Positions 42,265 through 52,592 of a stretch of DNA of 64,000 nucleotides are shown one piece after another. The translations under genes were made by a program, and so were the position numbers. Source of the DNA: an uncultured Gemmatimonadaceae bacterium (GTDB taxonomy: Bacteria; Gemmatimonadota; Gemmatimonadetes; Gemmatimonadales; Gemmatimonadaceae); NCBI GenBank assembly GCA_963822945.1, contig CAWGJO010000020.1, positions 800,001 to 864,000 of the forward strand, read 5' to 3'. Under the pieces are notes generated by a model that worked only from the letters and a program-made list of their open reading frames with translations, was not told the origin of the DNA and did not search any database. How positions within the stretch are numbered: position 1 is the first letter of the stretch; each line of letters starts with the position of its first letter.

Positions 42265-42272
42265 ATACACAG

Positions 42273-42305
42273 GCGGCCAACCGGAAATCAATCCCGGTTG
42301 GCCGC
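42273..42305. terminator. Hairpin terminator between convergent genes
   Basis: GCGGCCAACCGG-N9-CCGGTTGGCCGC. Confidence 0.75.
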
Positions 42306-42323
42306 TCGTGCTGACTGGTGGTG

Positions 42324-42545
42324 CTACGGGGTCTTCGTGGGCCCGGCGCTCTTGCGCTTGGCGCGGAAGGCGAGGCCGAGCATCGAAAGGCCGAAGGCGA
42401 GGAGCACGAGTCCCCACCAGAGGTTGACGTCGATGCCGAGCGAACGGCTGTAGATCGCGGTGGGCGAGAGGATGCCGTACACCGAGAGCATCAGCCCGAG
42501 GACCGTGAACATCAGTCCCATCGGGAGCCGGATGTCGAGATTCAT
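42324..42545 (-). CDS. Small two-TM membrane protein associated with the SSS transporter
   Basis: LDIRLPMGLMF...VNLWWGLVLLAFG; directly downstream of the SSS gene. Confidence 0.75.
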   Translation of the reverse strand: MNLDIRLPMGLMFTVLGLMLSVYGILSPTAIYSRSLGIDVNLWWGLVLLAFGLSMLGLAFRAKRKSAGPTKTP

Positions 42546-42552
42546 GCCTGCC

Positions 42553-44262
42553 TCACCAGAAGATGATGTTGAGCACCGCGGTCAGGCCGAGCACGACCAC
42601 GCCCAGCGTCGCGGGCCGTTTGTACCACGCGAGGTCGTGATTGACGATGCGAGGCGTGAGCGCGTAGACCAGGCCGCCGAGATCCTCTTCCGACTTCTTC
42701 TGTCGTGTGGCGAGCGAGATCAGAATGGTGGCGACGAAGCACGCCGTCCAGGCGATGATGGCGGTCCAGAAGTTCTGTGCCATCTCGCTCGGGTAGGTAT
42801 GGAGCACCATGCCCAGGTATCCGCCCTTGATGCCGGCCACGGCGCCCAGCGGCAGCACGAGACCGTCGTGGATGGCGGCGGCGGCCGTGCCGATGATCAA
42901 CCCCCAGAACGCCCCGTGGCCGGTGGTGCGTCGCCAGAACATGCCCAGCAGGAAGGTGGCGAACAGCGGCGCGTTCACGAAGGCGAACACGAGCTGCAGC
43001 ATGTCCATGATGTTGTTGAAGCGCGTGGTCGCGTAGGCGGCCGCCATGCTGAGCAGGATGCCGACGACGGTCGTGATGTGGCCCACCCGGAGGTAATGGC
43101 GGTCCGAGCGTCCCGGGCTGATGTAGCTCTGATACAGGTCGTACGTCCACACGGTGTTGAACGCCGTGACGTTGCCGGCCATGCCCGACATGAACGACGC
43201 CATGAGGGCGGTGAGCCCGAGACCCAGCAAGCCGGTGGGCAGATAGTGGGCGAGCATCATCGGCACGGCGAGGTTGTAGTTGGGAGTGCCGTCGGCGCCG
43301 ATGGGGATGAGCGGCCCGCTCTTGGTGGTGACCACGATGGCGATCATGCCGGGCAGAATGACGAGCGCCGGGAAGAGCATCTTGGGAATCGCGGCGATGA
43401 GCGGCGTGCGCCGGGCGGCGGTCATGTCCTCGGCGGCCATGGCGCGCTGGATGACGAGGAAGTCGGTGCACCAGTAGCCGAACGAGAGCACGAACCCGAG
43501 TCCCATGGCCATGCCGAACCACTCGACGCCCATCGGGTTGGCGCTGGCGGAGCCGAGGTAACGCCAGGAATGGGTGAAGGCGCCCGGCGCGAAGCCGGCG
43601 TGGGTCGAGACCGTCTGCAACTTGGCGACGAGGCCGTCCCAGCCCCCGACGTCCTTCAGTCCGAGGAGGACGAGTGGCAGGAAGCCGAGGACGATGAGGA
43701 AGAACTGCAGGACCTCGTTATAGATGGCCGAGGTGAGGCCGCCGAGAAAGATGTAGGCGAGCACGATGAGGGCGGACAGCACGATGCTCATGTTGAAGTC
43801 CCATCCGAGCACGAGCTCCAGCAGCTTGGCGAGCGCGTACATGGAGATGCCGGATGAGAAGACAGTCATGACGGCGAAGGTGAGCGCGTTGAAGGCCCGG
43901 GTCTTCTCGTCGAAACGCAGCTTGAGGTACTCGGGGACCGAACGCGCGCGCGAGCCGTAGTAGAACGGCATCATGAAGACGCCGACGAAGACCATCGCGG
44001 GGATGGCGCCGAGCCAGTAGAAGTGGCTCGTCATGATGCCGTACTTGGCGCCGGAGGCCCCCATGCCGATCACTTCCTGCGCGCCGAGATTGGCGGATAC
44101 GAATGCCAGGCCGGCGACCCACGCGGGGATGGAGCGTCCCGAGAGGAAGAAGTCGTCGCTACTCGTGACGAAGCGCCGCAGCACCCAACCGATGCCGAGC
44201 ACGAACGCGAAGTAGATGATGAGGATGGCGTAGTCGATCGCGCCGAGATGGATGTGGGGCAC
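42553..44262 (-). CDS. Sodium:solute symporter family protein
   Basis: DFFLSGRS, SVPEYLKLRF, YWCTDFLVIQRAMAA, many TM helices. Confidence 0.93.
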   Translation of the reverse strand: MPHIHLGAIDYAILIIYFAFVLGIGWVLRRFVTSSDDFFLSGRSIPAWVAGLAFVSANLGAQEVIGMGASGAKYGIMTSHFYWLGAIPAMVFVGVFMMPFYYGSRARSVPEYLKLRFDEKTRAFNALTFAVMTVFSSGISMYALAKLLELVLGWDFNMSIVLSALIVLAYIFLGGLTSAIYNEVLQFFLIVLGFLPLVLLGLKDVGGWDGLVAKLQTVSTHAGFAPGAFTHSWRYLGSASANPMGVEWFGMAMGLGFVLSFGYWCTDFLVIQRAMAAEDMTAARRTPLIAAIPKMLFPALVILPGMIAIVVTTKSGPLIPIGADGTPNYNLAVPMMLAHYLPTGLLGLGLTALMASFMSGMAGNVTAFNTVWTYDLYQSYISPGRSDRHYLRVGHITTVVGILLSMAAAYATTRFNNIMDMLQLVFAFVNAPLFATFLLGMFWRRTTGHGAFWGLIIGTAAAAIHDGLVLPLGAVAGIKGGYLGMVLHTYPSEMAQNFWTAIIAWTACFVATILISLATRQKKSEEDLGGLVYALTPRIVNHDLAWYKRPATLGVVVLGLTAVLNIIFW

Positions 44263-44634
44263 GGAGTGGTCTCGAGGAGCGAAGTGGAAAGCCGCGAGTG
44301 AGAAACTGGCGAGTTGAAGGATGCGACGTTAGGCGGGCGAGCGCGGCGCGCAAGAGATAAGGTGATAATATGTAAATGCTGACTTGGTCAGACGCGGCGG
44401 GCGGGATGCACTGGCAACTCCGGAGGGCCGTTCGCCGCAAACTTTGCGGGGATTATAGCTTGCGCGGGCTTCAAGGTTCCGCAAAATTCGCCATCTTGTG
44501 ACACTTGCTCTCGTCATTTCCTCATCGGTCGTGACTGCAAGACGTCCAGAAAAGTCGTCCGACGACTTGGCGACTCCATCTATCTGGACGGGTACGAGTT
44601 CAAGCACTTCCGCCCAGAGCGCCAGGAGACGCGC

Positions 44635-47610
44635 ATGAACAGATTTCGTTTGATGATCGCCGGGCTTACGGCAGCCCTCGTAGGCGCCGCACCACTGTGC
44701 GCGCAGGGGACTGGCGGCACGGTACAAGGACGGATCACGGACAAGGCCACGCAGCAGCCCATCGCGGGCGCGACCGTGACGGTCGGGAAGCGCACGGCGC
44801 TCACGCAGACGGACGGCCGCTACGCGCTGGTCGTACCTGCGGGCTCGTATACGCTGCAGGCGAGAACGATCGGCTACGCGCCGGCCGACCAGGCCGTGAC
44901 GGTGAACGCCGGGCAGACGGTCAACGTCGATCTCGCGCTCACGGCGCAGGCCGTCAACCTCGCCACGGTGGTGGTCACCGGCTACGGGCAGCAGCGCGCC
45001 GGCGACATCACGGGCGCCGTGAGTCAGCTGTCGCCGGCCGAATTCAACACCGGCCGCATCGTGAGCCCGCAGAATCTGATCACCGCCAAGGTGGCGGGCG
45101 TGCAGGTGGTGCAGAGCAACGAGCCGGGTGGCGGCATCAACATCCGCATTCGCGGCGCGACGTCGGTGAATGCGAGCAGCGAGCCGCTGTACGTGGTGGA
45201 CGGCATGCCGCTGGCGAGCGGGGCCGGATCGGGCCTCTCGGACGGACGTGATCCGCTGAACTTCATCAATCCGAACGACATCGCGACGATCACGGTCCTC
45301 AAGGGCGCGTCGGCGGCGGCGATCTACGGTGCGAACGCCGCGAACGGCGTCGTGCTGATCACGACGAAGGCGGGGTCCGGCGGGTCGCGGGTGGAATACA
45401 CCGGCGACGTCACCACGTCCACGGTGGAGCGGCTGCCGCAGATGCTGAACGCGTCGCAGTTCCGGGCCGCGGTGCAGCAGTACTCGCCGCAGAGCATGAG
45501 CCAGCTCGGCACGGCGAACACGAACTGGTTCAACCAGATCGACCGCAACGGCATCGGCCAGGAACACAACCTCTCCGTGTCGGGCTCCGGCCAGGCCATG
45601 AACTACCGGCTGTCGCTGGGTTACCTGAACCAGAACGGCGTGATTGACGGGACGAACACCGAGCGCCTGTCGCTCGGCGTGAACCTCAACCAGCGCTTCC
45701 TGAACGACCGGCTCAACATCCATACGAACATCATCGGATCGCGCGTCAACAACCGGTACACGCCGGGCGGCGTGCTGTCGAACGCGGCGCAGATGGGTCC
45801 GACGCAGCCGGTGCTGGATCCGACCAGCACGACCGGCTACTACAACTGGCCGGGCAACACGCTGCAGTCGGCGGACAATCCGGTGGAGGCGCTCAAGCTC
45901 GCCACGGATATCGGCCACACGTACCGCTCGCTGGGGACGATTCAGACCGACTACAGCCTGCCCTGGATCGAGGGGTTGAAGGCGCACGTGAACCTGGGGT
46001 ACGACGTGACCTCGTCTGAGCATCAGACGTTCAACCCGAGCGATCTGCACGCCCAGCTCAAGGCCGGCACCGGCGGCTCGCTGTATCAGACGACGCCGTC
46101 GATGACGAACACCCAGCTGGACGCCTATCTGAACTACAACGCGCCGCTGAACTTCGTGCCCGGCACGGTCGATCTGACCGGCGGCTACTCGTACTCGCAG
46201 TCCAACGCCCAGTACCCGTATACCACGGCGACCGGGCTGAGCACGAACCTGCTCGGCATCAACGGGATCCCGACGGCGCTGGTGCTGCAGAGCAATCAGA
46301 ACGTACAGGACAGCCGGCTGATCTCGTTCTTCGGGCGGGCCAACTACAACTACAAGGACCGGTACCTCGCGGCGTTCAGCATCCGCCGCGACGGATCGTC
46401 GCGGTTCGGCCCGTCGAATGCCTGGGGTATCTTCCCGTCGGTGGCCCTGGCCTGGCGCCTGTCGCAGGAAGGGTTCATGCAGCGGTTCAAGAACCTCTCG
46501 GATCTGAAGCTGCGCGCCTCGTACGGCAAGACCGGCAACCAGGCGTTCGCCAACTACCAGCAGTATGCGAACTTCGTGGTCGGCGACGCGCAGTCGCAGG
46601 CCCAGTTCGGCAACGGGTTCGTGACCACGCTCCGGCCGAGCGCGGTGGATCCGAACATCAAGTGGGAATCGACGAGCTCGTACGACGTCGGCCTCGACTG
46701 GGGATTCAACGACCAGCGGGTGAGCGGCACGATCGACTACTACATCAAGAACACCAAGGATCTCATCTTCACCGTGCCGGTGGCGGCGGGTACGAACCTG
46801 TCGAACTACCTGACCACGAACATCGGCAGCATGCGCAACGCGGGCATCGAATTCAGCCTCAGCGCCGACGTGATCCGCGGCGGGCACGACGGGTTCTCGT
46901 GGACCACCGACTTCACCGCGTCCCACAACGCGAACAAGCTGACGTCGATCAATCCCATTCTCACCGCGGCCCCGGGAACCAAGCAGCAGATTCTGACCGG
47001 TTCCGTGGCGGGCGGCGTGGGCACGCTGATTCAGGTGCTCGAGCCGGGCCAGCCGATCAACTCGTTCTTCGTGTACCAGCAGAAGTACGCGAACGGGAAG
47101 CCGGTCGAGGGCAGCTACGTGGACCTGAACGGCGACGGCGTGACCAACGTGGCCGATCGGCGCGCGTACCACAATCCGGCGCCGACGTGGATCTTCGGGC
47201 ACACGTCCAACATGACCTACGGCAACTGGGACGCCGGCTTCACGCTGCGGGCCTACGTGGGCAACTACGTGTACAACAACGTGCAGTCGAACCTGGGTGA
47301 CTATCAGGAACTGCAGCGGGCCTCGCCGTACAACCTGAGCTCCAACGTGCTGCAGACGGGATTCACGTCACCGCAGTACCTGTCGGACTACTACGTCCAG
47401 AACGCGTCGTTCCTGCGCATGGACAACATCACACTCGGCTACCGGCTGAAGTACCAGGGCCAGCCGGTGCGAATCTTCGGAACCGTTCAGAACGTGTTCA
47501 CGATCTCACCGTACAGCGGCGTCGATCCGACGGCCGGCCTGAACGGTATCGACAACAACATCTATCCTCGCTCGCGCCAATTCACCGCCGGCTTCAACGT
47601 CGTGTTCTGA
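44635..47610 (+). CDS. susC: SusC/RagA family TonB-linked outer membrane protein
   Basis: VVVTGYG, PLYVVDG, INPNDI, VLKGASAAAIYG..AANGVVLITTK, RRDGSSRFG, KWE, YPRSR. Confidence 0.94.
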   Translation: MNRFRLMIAGLTAALVGAAPLCAQGTGGTVQGRITDKATQQPIAGATVTVGKRTALTQTDGRYALVVPAGSYTLQARTIGYAPADQAVTVNAGQTVNVDLALTAQAVNLATVVVTGYGQQRAGDITGAVSQLSPAEFNTGRIVSPQNLITAKVAGVQVVQSNEPGGGINIRIRGATSVNASSEPLYVVDGMPLASGAGSGLSDGRDPLNFINPNDIATITVLKGASAAAIYGANAANGVVLITTKAGSGGSRVEYTGDVTTSTVERLPQMLNASQFRAAVQQYSPQSMSQLGTANTNWFNQIDRNGIGQEHNLSVSGSGQAMNYRLSLGYLNQNGVIDGTNTERLSLGVNLNQRFLNDRLNIHTNIIGSRVNNRYTPGGVLSNAAQMGPTQPVLDPTSTTGYYNWPGNTLQSADNPVEALKLATDIGHTYRSLGTIQTDYSLPWIEGLKAHVNLGYDVTSSEHQTFNPSDLHAQLKAGTGGSLYQTTPSMTNTQLDAYLNYNAPLNFVPGTVDLTGGYSYSQSNAQYPYTTATGLSTNLLGINGIPTALVLQSNQNVQDSRLISFFGRANYNYKDRYLAAFSIRRDGSSRFGPSNAWGIFPSVALAWRLSQEGFMQRFKNLSDLKLRASYGKTGNQAFANYQQYANFVVGDAQSQAQFGNGFVTTLRPSAVDPNIKWESTSSYDVGLDWGFNDQRVSGTIDYYIKNTKDLIFTVPVAAGTNLSNYLTTNIGSMRNAGIEFSLSADVIRGGHDGFSWTTDFTASHNANKLTSINPILTAAPGTKQQILTGSVAGGVGTLIQVLEPGQPINSFFVYQQKYANGKPVEGSYVDLNGDGVTNVADRRAYHNPAPTWIFGHTSNMTYGNWDAGFTLRAYVGNYVYNNVQSNLGDYQELQRASPYNLSSNVLQTGFTSPQYLSDYYVQNASFLRMDNITLGYRLKYQGQPVRIFGTVQNVFTISPYSGVDPTAGLNGIDNNIYPRSRQFTAGFNVVF

Positions 47611-47653
47611 GCGTGTGACCATTCATTCGACGATTCGGAAACGGACGGAACTT

Positions 47654-49228
47654 ATGAAGATCAATCATAGAATGATCGCTTTCGCCACCGTGGCGATGCT
47701 GGTCGGCGGCGCCGGCTGCACGAACACGGTCGTGGAGCCGAAAAGCACGATCACGAGTGCCAACGTGTTCAACGACCCGAACTCCTATCAGGCGTTCCTG
47801 GCCAAGGTCTATGCGGGCCTGGCCGTGAGCGGCCAGCAGGGACCGGCGGGGAACCCCGACATCTCGGGCATCGACGAGGGCTTCTCGCAGTACCTGCGTC
47901 TGTACTGGGAGGCGGAAGAGCTGCCGACCGACGAGGCCGCGATCGCCTGGAACGACGTCGGCCTGCCGGAAATGAACACCCAGCTCTGGGCCGCGTCGAA
48001 CTCGTTCGTGGTCGCCATGTACTACCGCATCTACTTCCAGGTGGGTATGGCGAACGAGTTCCTGCGCGAGACGGACGACGCCGCGTTGGCGGGGCGGAGC
48101 GTCACGCCGGCCCTCAAGGCGAAGATCGGGCAGTACCGCGCCGAGGCGCGGTTCCTGCGCGCGCTGAGCTACTGGCACGGCATGGACATGTTCGGGAACA
48201 TCCCGCTGGTGACCGAGAAGGACTCGCTCGGCTCCACGCCGCCCAAGCAAGCCACGCGGACCGACATCTACAACTTTGTGGTGAGCGAACTCAAGGCGAT
48301 CCACGACTCCCTGCCCCAGCCCGGTCCGAGCACCTACGGCCGCGCCACGGGCCCGGCGGACGACATGCTGCTGGCCAACGTGTACCTGAACGCAGGGGTC
48401 TACACGGGCACGCCGGACTACGCCGACGCGTTGACGGAAGCGCAGGCCGTGATCAACTCCGGGGCCTATTCCCTGGATCCGAACTACCGGCACATGTTCG
48501 AGGCGGACAACAACACGTCGCCGGAGATCATCTTCGCGATTCCGCAGGACGGATTGCACGAACAGACGTACGGCGGGGTGAACTTCCTGGTGCACGCCGA
48601 GTGCGGCGGGAGCATGAACAACGCGACGTACGGAATCGACGGCTGCTGGTGGGGCATCCGGCTGAAGCCGCAGGCCTACAACTTCTACGGCCCCGGCGAC
48701 ACCCGGGCGGCGTATTTCGACACGACCGGCCAGACGATCTCGATGGACGCCATCTCCAACTTCCAGAACGGAGTGGCGGCGCCGAAGTTCACGAACGTGA
48801 CATCGACGGGTCAGCCGGGCTCGAATCCCGGATTCGTGGATACGGACTTCCCGATGTTCCGGCTGGCGGGCGCCTACCTGATCTACGCCGAAGCGCAGTT
48901 GCGTGGCGGCGGCGGATCGCGGGCCCAGGCGCTGGCGTACGTGAACGCGTTGCGCGAGCGCGCGTACGGCGGAACGTCCGGCGACATCACCGACGCGCAG
49001 CTCACCCTGCCCTTCATTCTGGCGGAGCGCGGACGTGAACTGCTGTGGGAAGCGCACCGGCGCACGGACCTGATCCGGTTCGGGGAGTTCACCGGCGGCA
49101 ACTACCTGTGGGCCTGGAAGGGCGGCACGCAGGCGGGCACGGCCACCGACAGCTTCCGCGATCTGTATCCGATTCCCGAGTCGGAACTCGTGGCGAACCC
49201 GAATCTGAAACAGAACCCGGGGTACTGA
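47654..49228 (+). CDS. susD: RagB/SusD family lipoprotein
   Basis: Lipobox GAGC, EARFLRA, ERGRELLWEAHRRTDLIRF, terminal QNPGY. Confidence 0.94.
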   Translation: MKINHRMIAFATVAMLVGGAGCTNTVVEPKSTITSANVFNDPNSYQAFLAKVYAGLAVSGQQGPAGNPDISGIDEGFSQYLRLYWEAEELPTDEAAIAWNDVGLPEMNTQLWAASNSFVVAMYYRIYFQVGMANEFLRETDDAALAGRSVTPALKAKIGQYRAEARFLRALSYWHGMDMFGNIPLVTEKDSLGSTPPKQATRTDIYNFVVSELKAIHDSLPQPGPSTYGRATGPADDMLLANVYLNAGVYTGTPDYADALTEAQAVINSGAYSLDPNYRHMFEADNNTSPEIIFAIPQDGLHEQTYGGVNFLVHAECGGSMNNATYGIDGCWWGIRLKPQAYNFYGPGDTRAAYFDTTGQTISMDAISNFQNGVAAPKFTNVTSTGQPGSNPGFVDTDFPMFRLAGAYLIYAEAQLRGGGGSRAQALAYVNALRERAYGGTSGDITDAQLTLPFILAERGRELLWEAHRRTDLIRFGEFTGGNYLWAWKGGTQAGTATDSFRDLYPIPESELVANPNLKQNPGY

Positions 49229-49294
49229 GCAGCGCGACTCCAGACTTCTCCTGAAGCTTTCGCCGGCCTCCGGGCCCGGCTGAGACGCTTCGCG

Positions 49295-50869
49295 ATGTAC
49301 CTGCCGGCCAGCATCCTCGTGGTGCTGGCCGGTGGGGCATGCGGCAGCCATCCGACGGCGCCGCCGCCCACCGGACTGCCACCGGCCGAGCGGCCGAGCC
49401 TTGCGGCTACCTACCGGCCCAGCGGGCACATGGCGGCGGGCGACGTGTTCGTGCAGCTGTTCGAATGGCCGTGGGCGGACATCGCCAACGAGTGCGAGCA
49501 GGTGCTGGGGCCCGTGGGCTATCGGGCCGTCCAGGTGTCGCCGCCCGAAGAACACAGCATCACGCCCACGCACGACTGGAGCGAGCGCTACCAGCCGGTG
49601 AGCTACAGCCTCGCGCGCAGCCGATCGGGCGACAGCACGCAGTTCGTGGACATGGTCCAGCGGTGCAAGGCCGCCGGCGTGGACATCTACGTGGATGCCG
49701 TCATCAATCACATGACGAACTACCCGAGCCCCGGGGTGGGAAGCGCCGGGACGGCGTACACGAAGTACGACTATCCGGGGCTGTACACGCCGGCCGATTT
49801 CCATACGCCCTGCACCGTCACCGACTACTCGAACGCCGCCAACGTGCAGGACTGCGAGCTGCTGGGCCTGCCGGACCTCAACACCGGCCTTCCGTACGTG
49901 CAGCAGACGATCGCCGGCTACCTGATCAAACTGGTGCGGCTCGGGGTGGCGGGGTTCCGCATCGACGCCGCCAAGCACATCCAGCAGGTGGAGCTGGACG
50001 ACATCCTGTCCATCGTCGACTCCACCGCGAAGGCGCAGGGGCTGCCGATTCCGTACTACTTCCTGGAGATCAGCAGCGGCCCCGGCGAGGCGCTCTCCCC
50101 GCGCGACTACTATGGCGAGGCGTATGCCAGCGGGGGCGCGGCGGACATCACGGAGTTCACCTTCCAGGGCGTGGGCGACAAGTTCCTGGGGCTCGGCGGG
50201 CAGCACATCTCGCAGCTCGATCCCAACGGGCCGCCGGGAAGCCAGTTCTCCGCTGCCGCGTGGGGGCTGATGCCGTCCGACAAGGCGGTGGTGTTCCTGG
50301 AGAACCACGACACGCAGCACGACGTGGGGCGGATCAGCTATCGCGACGGCCAGACCTTCCGACTGGCCAACGTGTGGATGCTCGCGCAGCCGTACGGGTA
50401 TCCGAAGATCCTGTCGAACTACGCCTTCTCACGCCCGCTGGAGAATTCCAAGGGCCCGCCCTCCGATGCCAGCGGCAACACGTATCCGGTGACGTGCGCG
50501 TCGAGCCTCGAGACGGCGATGGAGGGCGACTGGGTGTGCCAGCATCGCGACCCGATGATCGAAGCGATGGTCGGGTTCCGGCACGTGGTGGCCGGGACGG
50601 CGATTACCGACTGGTGGGACGATGGCGCCAATGCCATCGCCTTCTCGCGCGGCGACAAGGGATTCGTGGCCATCAGCCGGGAGAGCACGGCCGTCGACAC
50701 GACCGTGGCGACCGGAATGGCGCCGGGGAACTACTGTGATCTCCTCACCGGCGGGTTGGCCGGCACGGCATGCGCCGGCGACAGCGTGGCGGTGGACTCG
50801 ACGAGCATGATTCACCTTCAACTGGCGGCCAACTCGGCGATTGCGATCGATGCGGCAAGCCGGAAGTAG
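49295..50869 (+). CDS. GH13 alpha-amylase, lipoprotein (actinobacterial/animal-type)
   Basis: LFEW, VQVSPP, RYQPVSY, DAVINH, GFRIDAAKH, FLENHD, IAFSRG. Confidence 0.9.
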   Translation: MYLPASILVVLAGGACGSHPTAPPPTGLPPAERPSLAATYRPSGHMAAGDVFVQLFEWPWADIANECEQVLGPVGYRAVQVSPPEEHSITPTHDWSERYQPVSYSLARSRSGDSTQFVDMVQRCKAAGVDIYVDAVINHMTNYPSPGVGSAGTAYTKYDYPGLYTPADFHTPCTVTDYSNAANVQDCELLGLPDLNTGLPYVQQTIAGYLIKLVRLGVAGFRIDAAKHIQQVELDDILSIVDSTAKAQGLPIPYYFLEISSGPGEALSPRDYYGEAYASGGAADITEFTFQGVGDKFLGLGGQHISQLDPNGPPGSQFSAAAWGLMPSDKAVVFLENHDTQHDVGRISYRDGQTFRLANVWMLAQPYGYPKILSNYAFSRPLENSKGPPSDASGNTYPVTCASSLETAMEGDWVCQHRDPMIEAMVGFRHVVAGTAITDWWDDGANAIAFSRGDKGFVAISRESTAVDTTVATGMAPGNYCDLLTGGLAGTACAGDSVAVDSTSMIHLQLAANSAIAIDAASRK

Positions 50870-50873
50870 CACG

Positions 50874-52554
50874 ATGCGAAAAGCTCAGATACTGGGCGCC
50901 CTGCTCGGCGCGGTCGGGACGGTCTCGACCGCGGCGCCGCGGGCCGCGGCACAGCAGCCGGTGCGGCCGGCATCCCAGGACGTTCGTCGACTATGCAGCG
51001 CCGGCGTGGACGCGGGGCGCGGTCTGCTACGAGGTGTTCATCCGATCGTTCAAGGACAGCAACGGCGACGGCATCGGCGACCTGAACGGTCTCACCAGCA
51101 AGCTCGACTACATCAACGACGGAAATCCGAAGTCGAAGACCGACCTGGGCGCAAAGTGCATCTGGCTGATGCCCGTGACCGAATCGCCGAGCTACCATGG
51201 ATACGACGTCACCAACTACTACCGTGTGAACCCCGACTACGGCACGAACGCGGATTTCAAGCGGTTCGTAGCCGCGGCACACAAGCGTGGCATCAAGGTG
51301 ATCGTGGACATGGTGCTGAACCATACGTCCAATCGCGACCCGCACTTCCAGGCGGCGCTGCGCGACACGAACTCACCGTACCGCTCGTGGTACCGCTTCT
51401 CGCCCGAGCCGCACGGCAACGGGCCGTGGGGCGTGCCCGCATGGCACAAGTCTCCCGTTCGCGACGAGTACTATTACGGCATCTTCTCGGCGCAGATGCC
51501 GGATCTCAACTACGACACGCCGGCGGTGCGCGCCGAGGGCAAGAAGATCGCCGCCTACTGGCTGCGCACGATGGGCGTGGACGGATTCCGGCTCGACGCC
51601 GTGCAGTATCTGGTGGAGCAGGGCGCGTGCCTCAAGGACTGCGCCGGGACGCACGCCTACCTGCGGTCGTATCAGGCATTCATCGACAGCATCGATCCGC
51701 AGGCCTACACGATCGGCGAGGTCTGGGATCCGCTGGACACGCTGCTCACCTACTATCCCCACCAACTCACCGGCTACTTCACCTTCGAGTTGGCGGACTC
51801 GCTCCGGACCGCGGTGAAGCGCGGAACGGTGGGCGGCATGTTCACCGACTATGTGAAGCTGGAGCGCGCCGAGCCCTCGTATCGCTGGTCGCCGCTGCTG
51901 AGCAACCACGACGGCACGCGGATCATGACGATCCTCGGGGGCAGTGTGCCGGCTGCGAAGCAGGCGGCCACGCTGCTGCTCACGCTGCCGGGGCTGCCGT
52001 ACATCTATTACGGCGAGGAGATCGGGATGACCGGCGACAAGCCCGATCCCCGGCTGCGGACGCCGATGCAGTGGGCGCCGGAGCCCGGTTACGGCTTCAC
52101 GACCGGGCACCCGTGGGAGAGCGCCCAGCCCGATTCGATGACGGCCACGGTGGCGGGAGAGAACCACGAGCCCGGGTCGCTGCTCAACCTGTACCGGCGG
52201 CTGATCCACCTGCGAGCCGGGAACGATGCGCTCGCGTCGGGGCGGTTGACGCTGCTGCAGGCCAGCAATCCCCACGTGGCGTCCTACGTGCGACGCACGT
52301 GGAACGGACATGCGGTACTGGTGGTGGCGAACCTGTCCGATTCGACGGTCGCCGGCGTGTCGCTGGCGAGCGACAGCGCCGGATTGCCGGCCGGGCGGTA
52401 TCGGGCGCGCGATCTGCTGGGCGCGGCAGCCGTCCCGCCACTCACGGTCGAGGCCGGGAGCCGCATTTCCGCGTACGTTCCAGCAACGACGTTGCGCGGG
52501 CACGAGACGCTGGTACTGGCACTGGACCATGTGACGCCGCGCGAGCGACGGTGA
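50874..52554 (+). CDS. Secreted GH13 alpha-amylase/alpha-glucosidase family enzyme (one +1 frameshift near 50975, after the signal peptide)
   Basis: Signal peptide MRKAQILGALL... in one frame; DSNGDGIGD, YHGYD, VLNH, GFRLDAV, SNHD, YYGEEIGM in the next. Confidence 0.85.
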
Positions 52555-52592
52555 ACCAACGGGTGCGCGAAGCGCACCAGAGGGGAGAGACG

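Noticed and set aside
52295..52306. parS-like half site CACGTGGAAC
   Set aside because: Only half of the 16-bp palindrome and inside a CDS; I found no full parS by eye.
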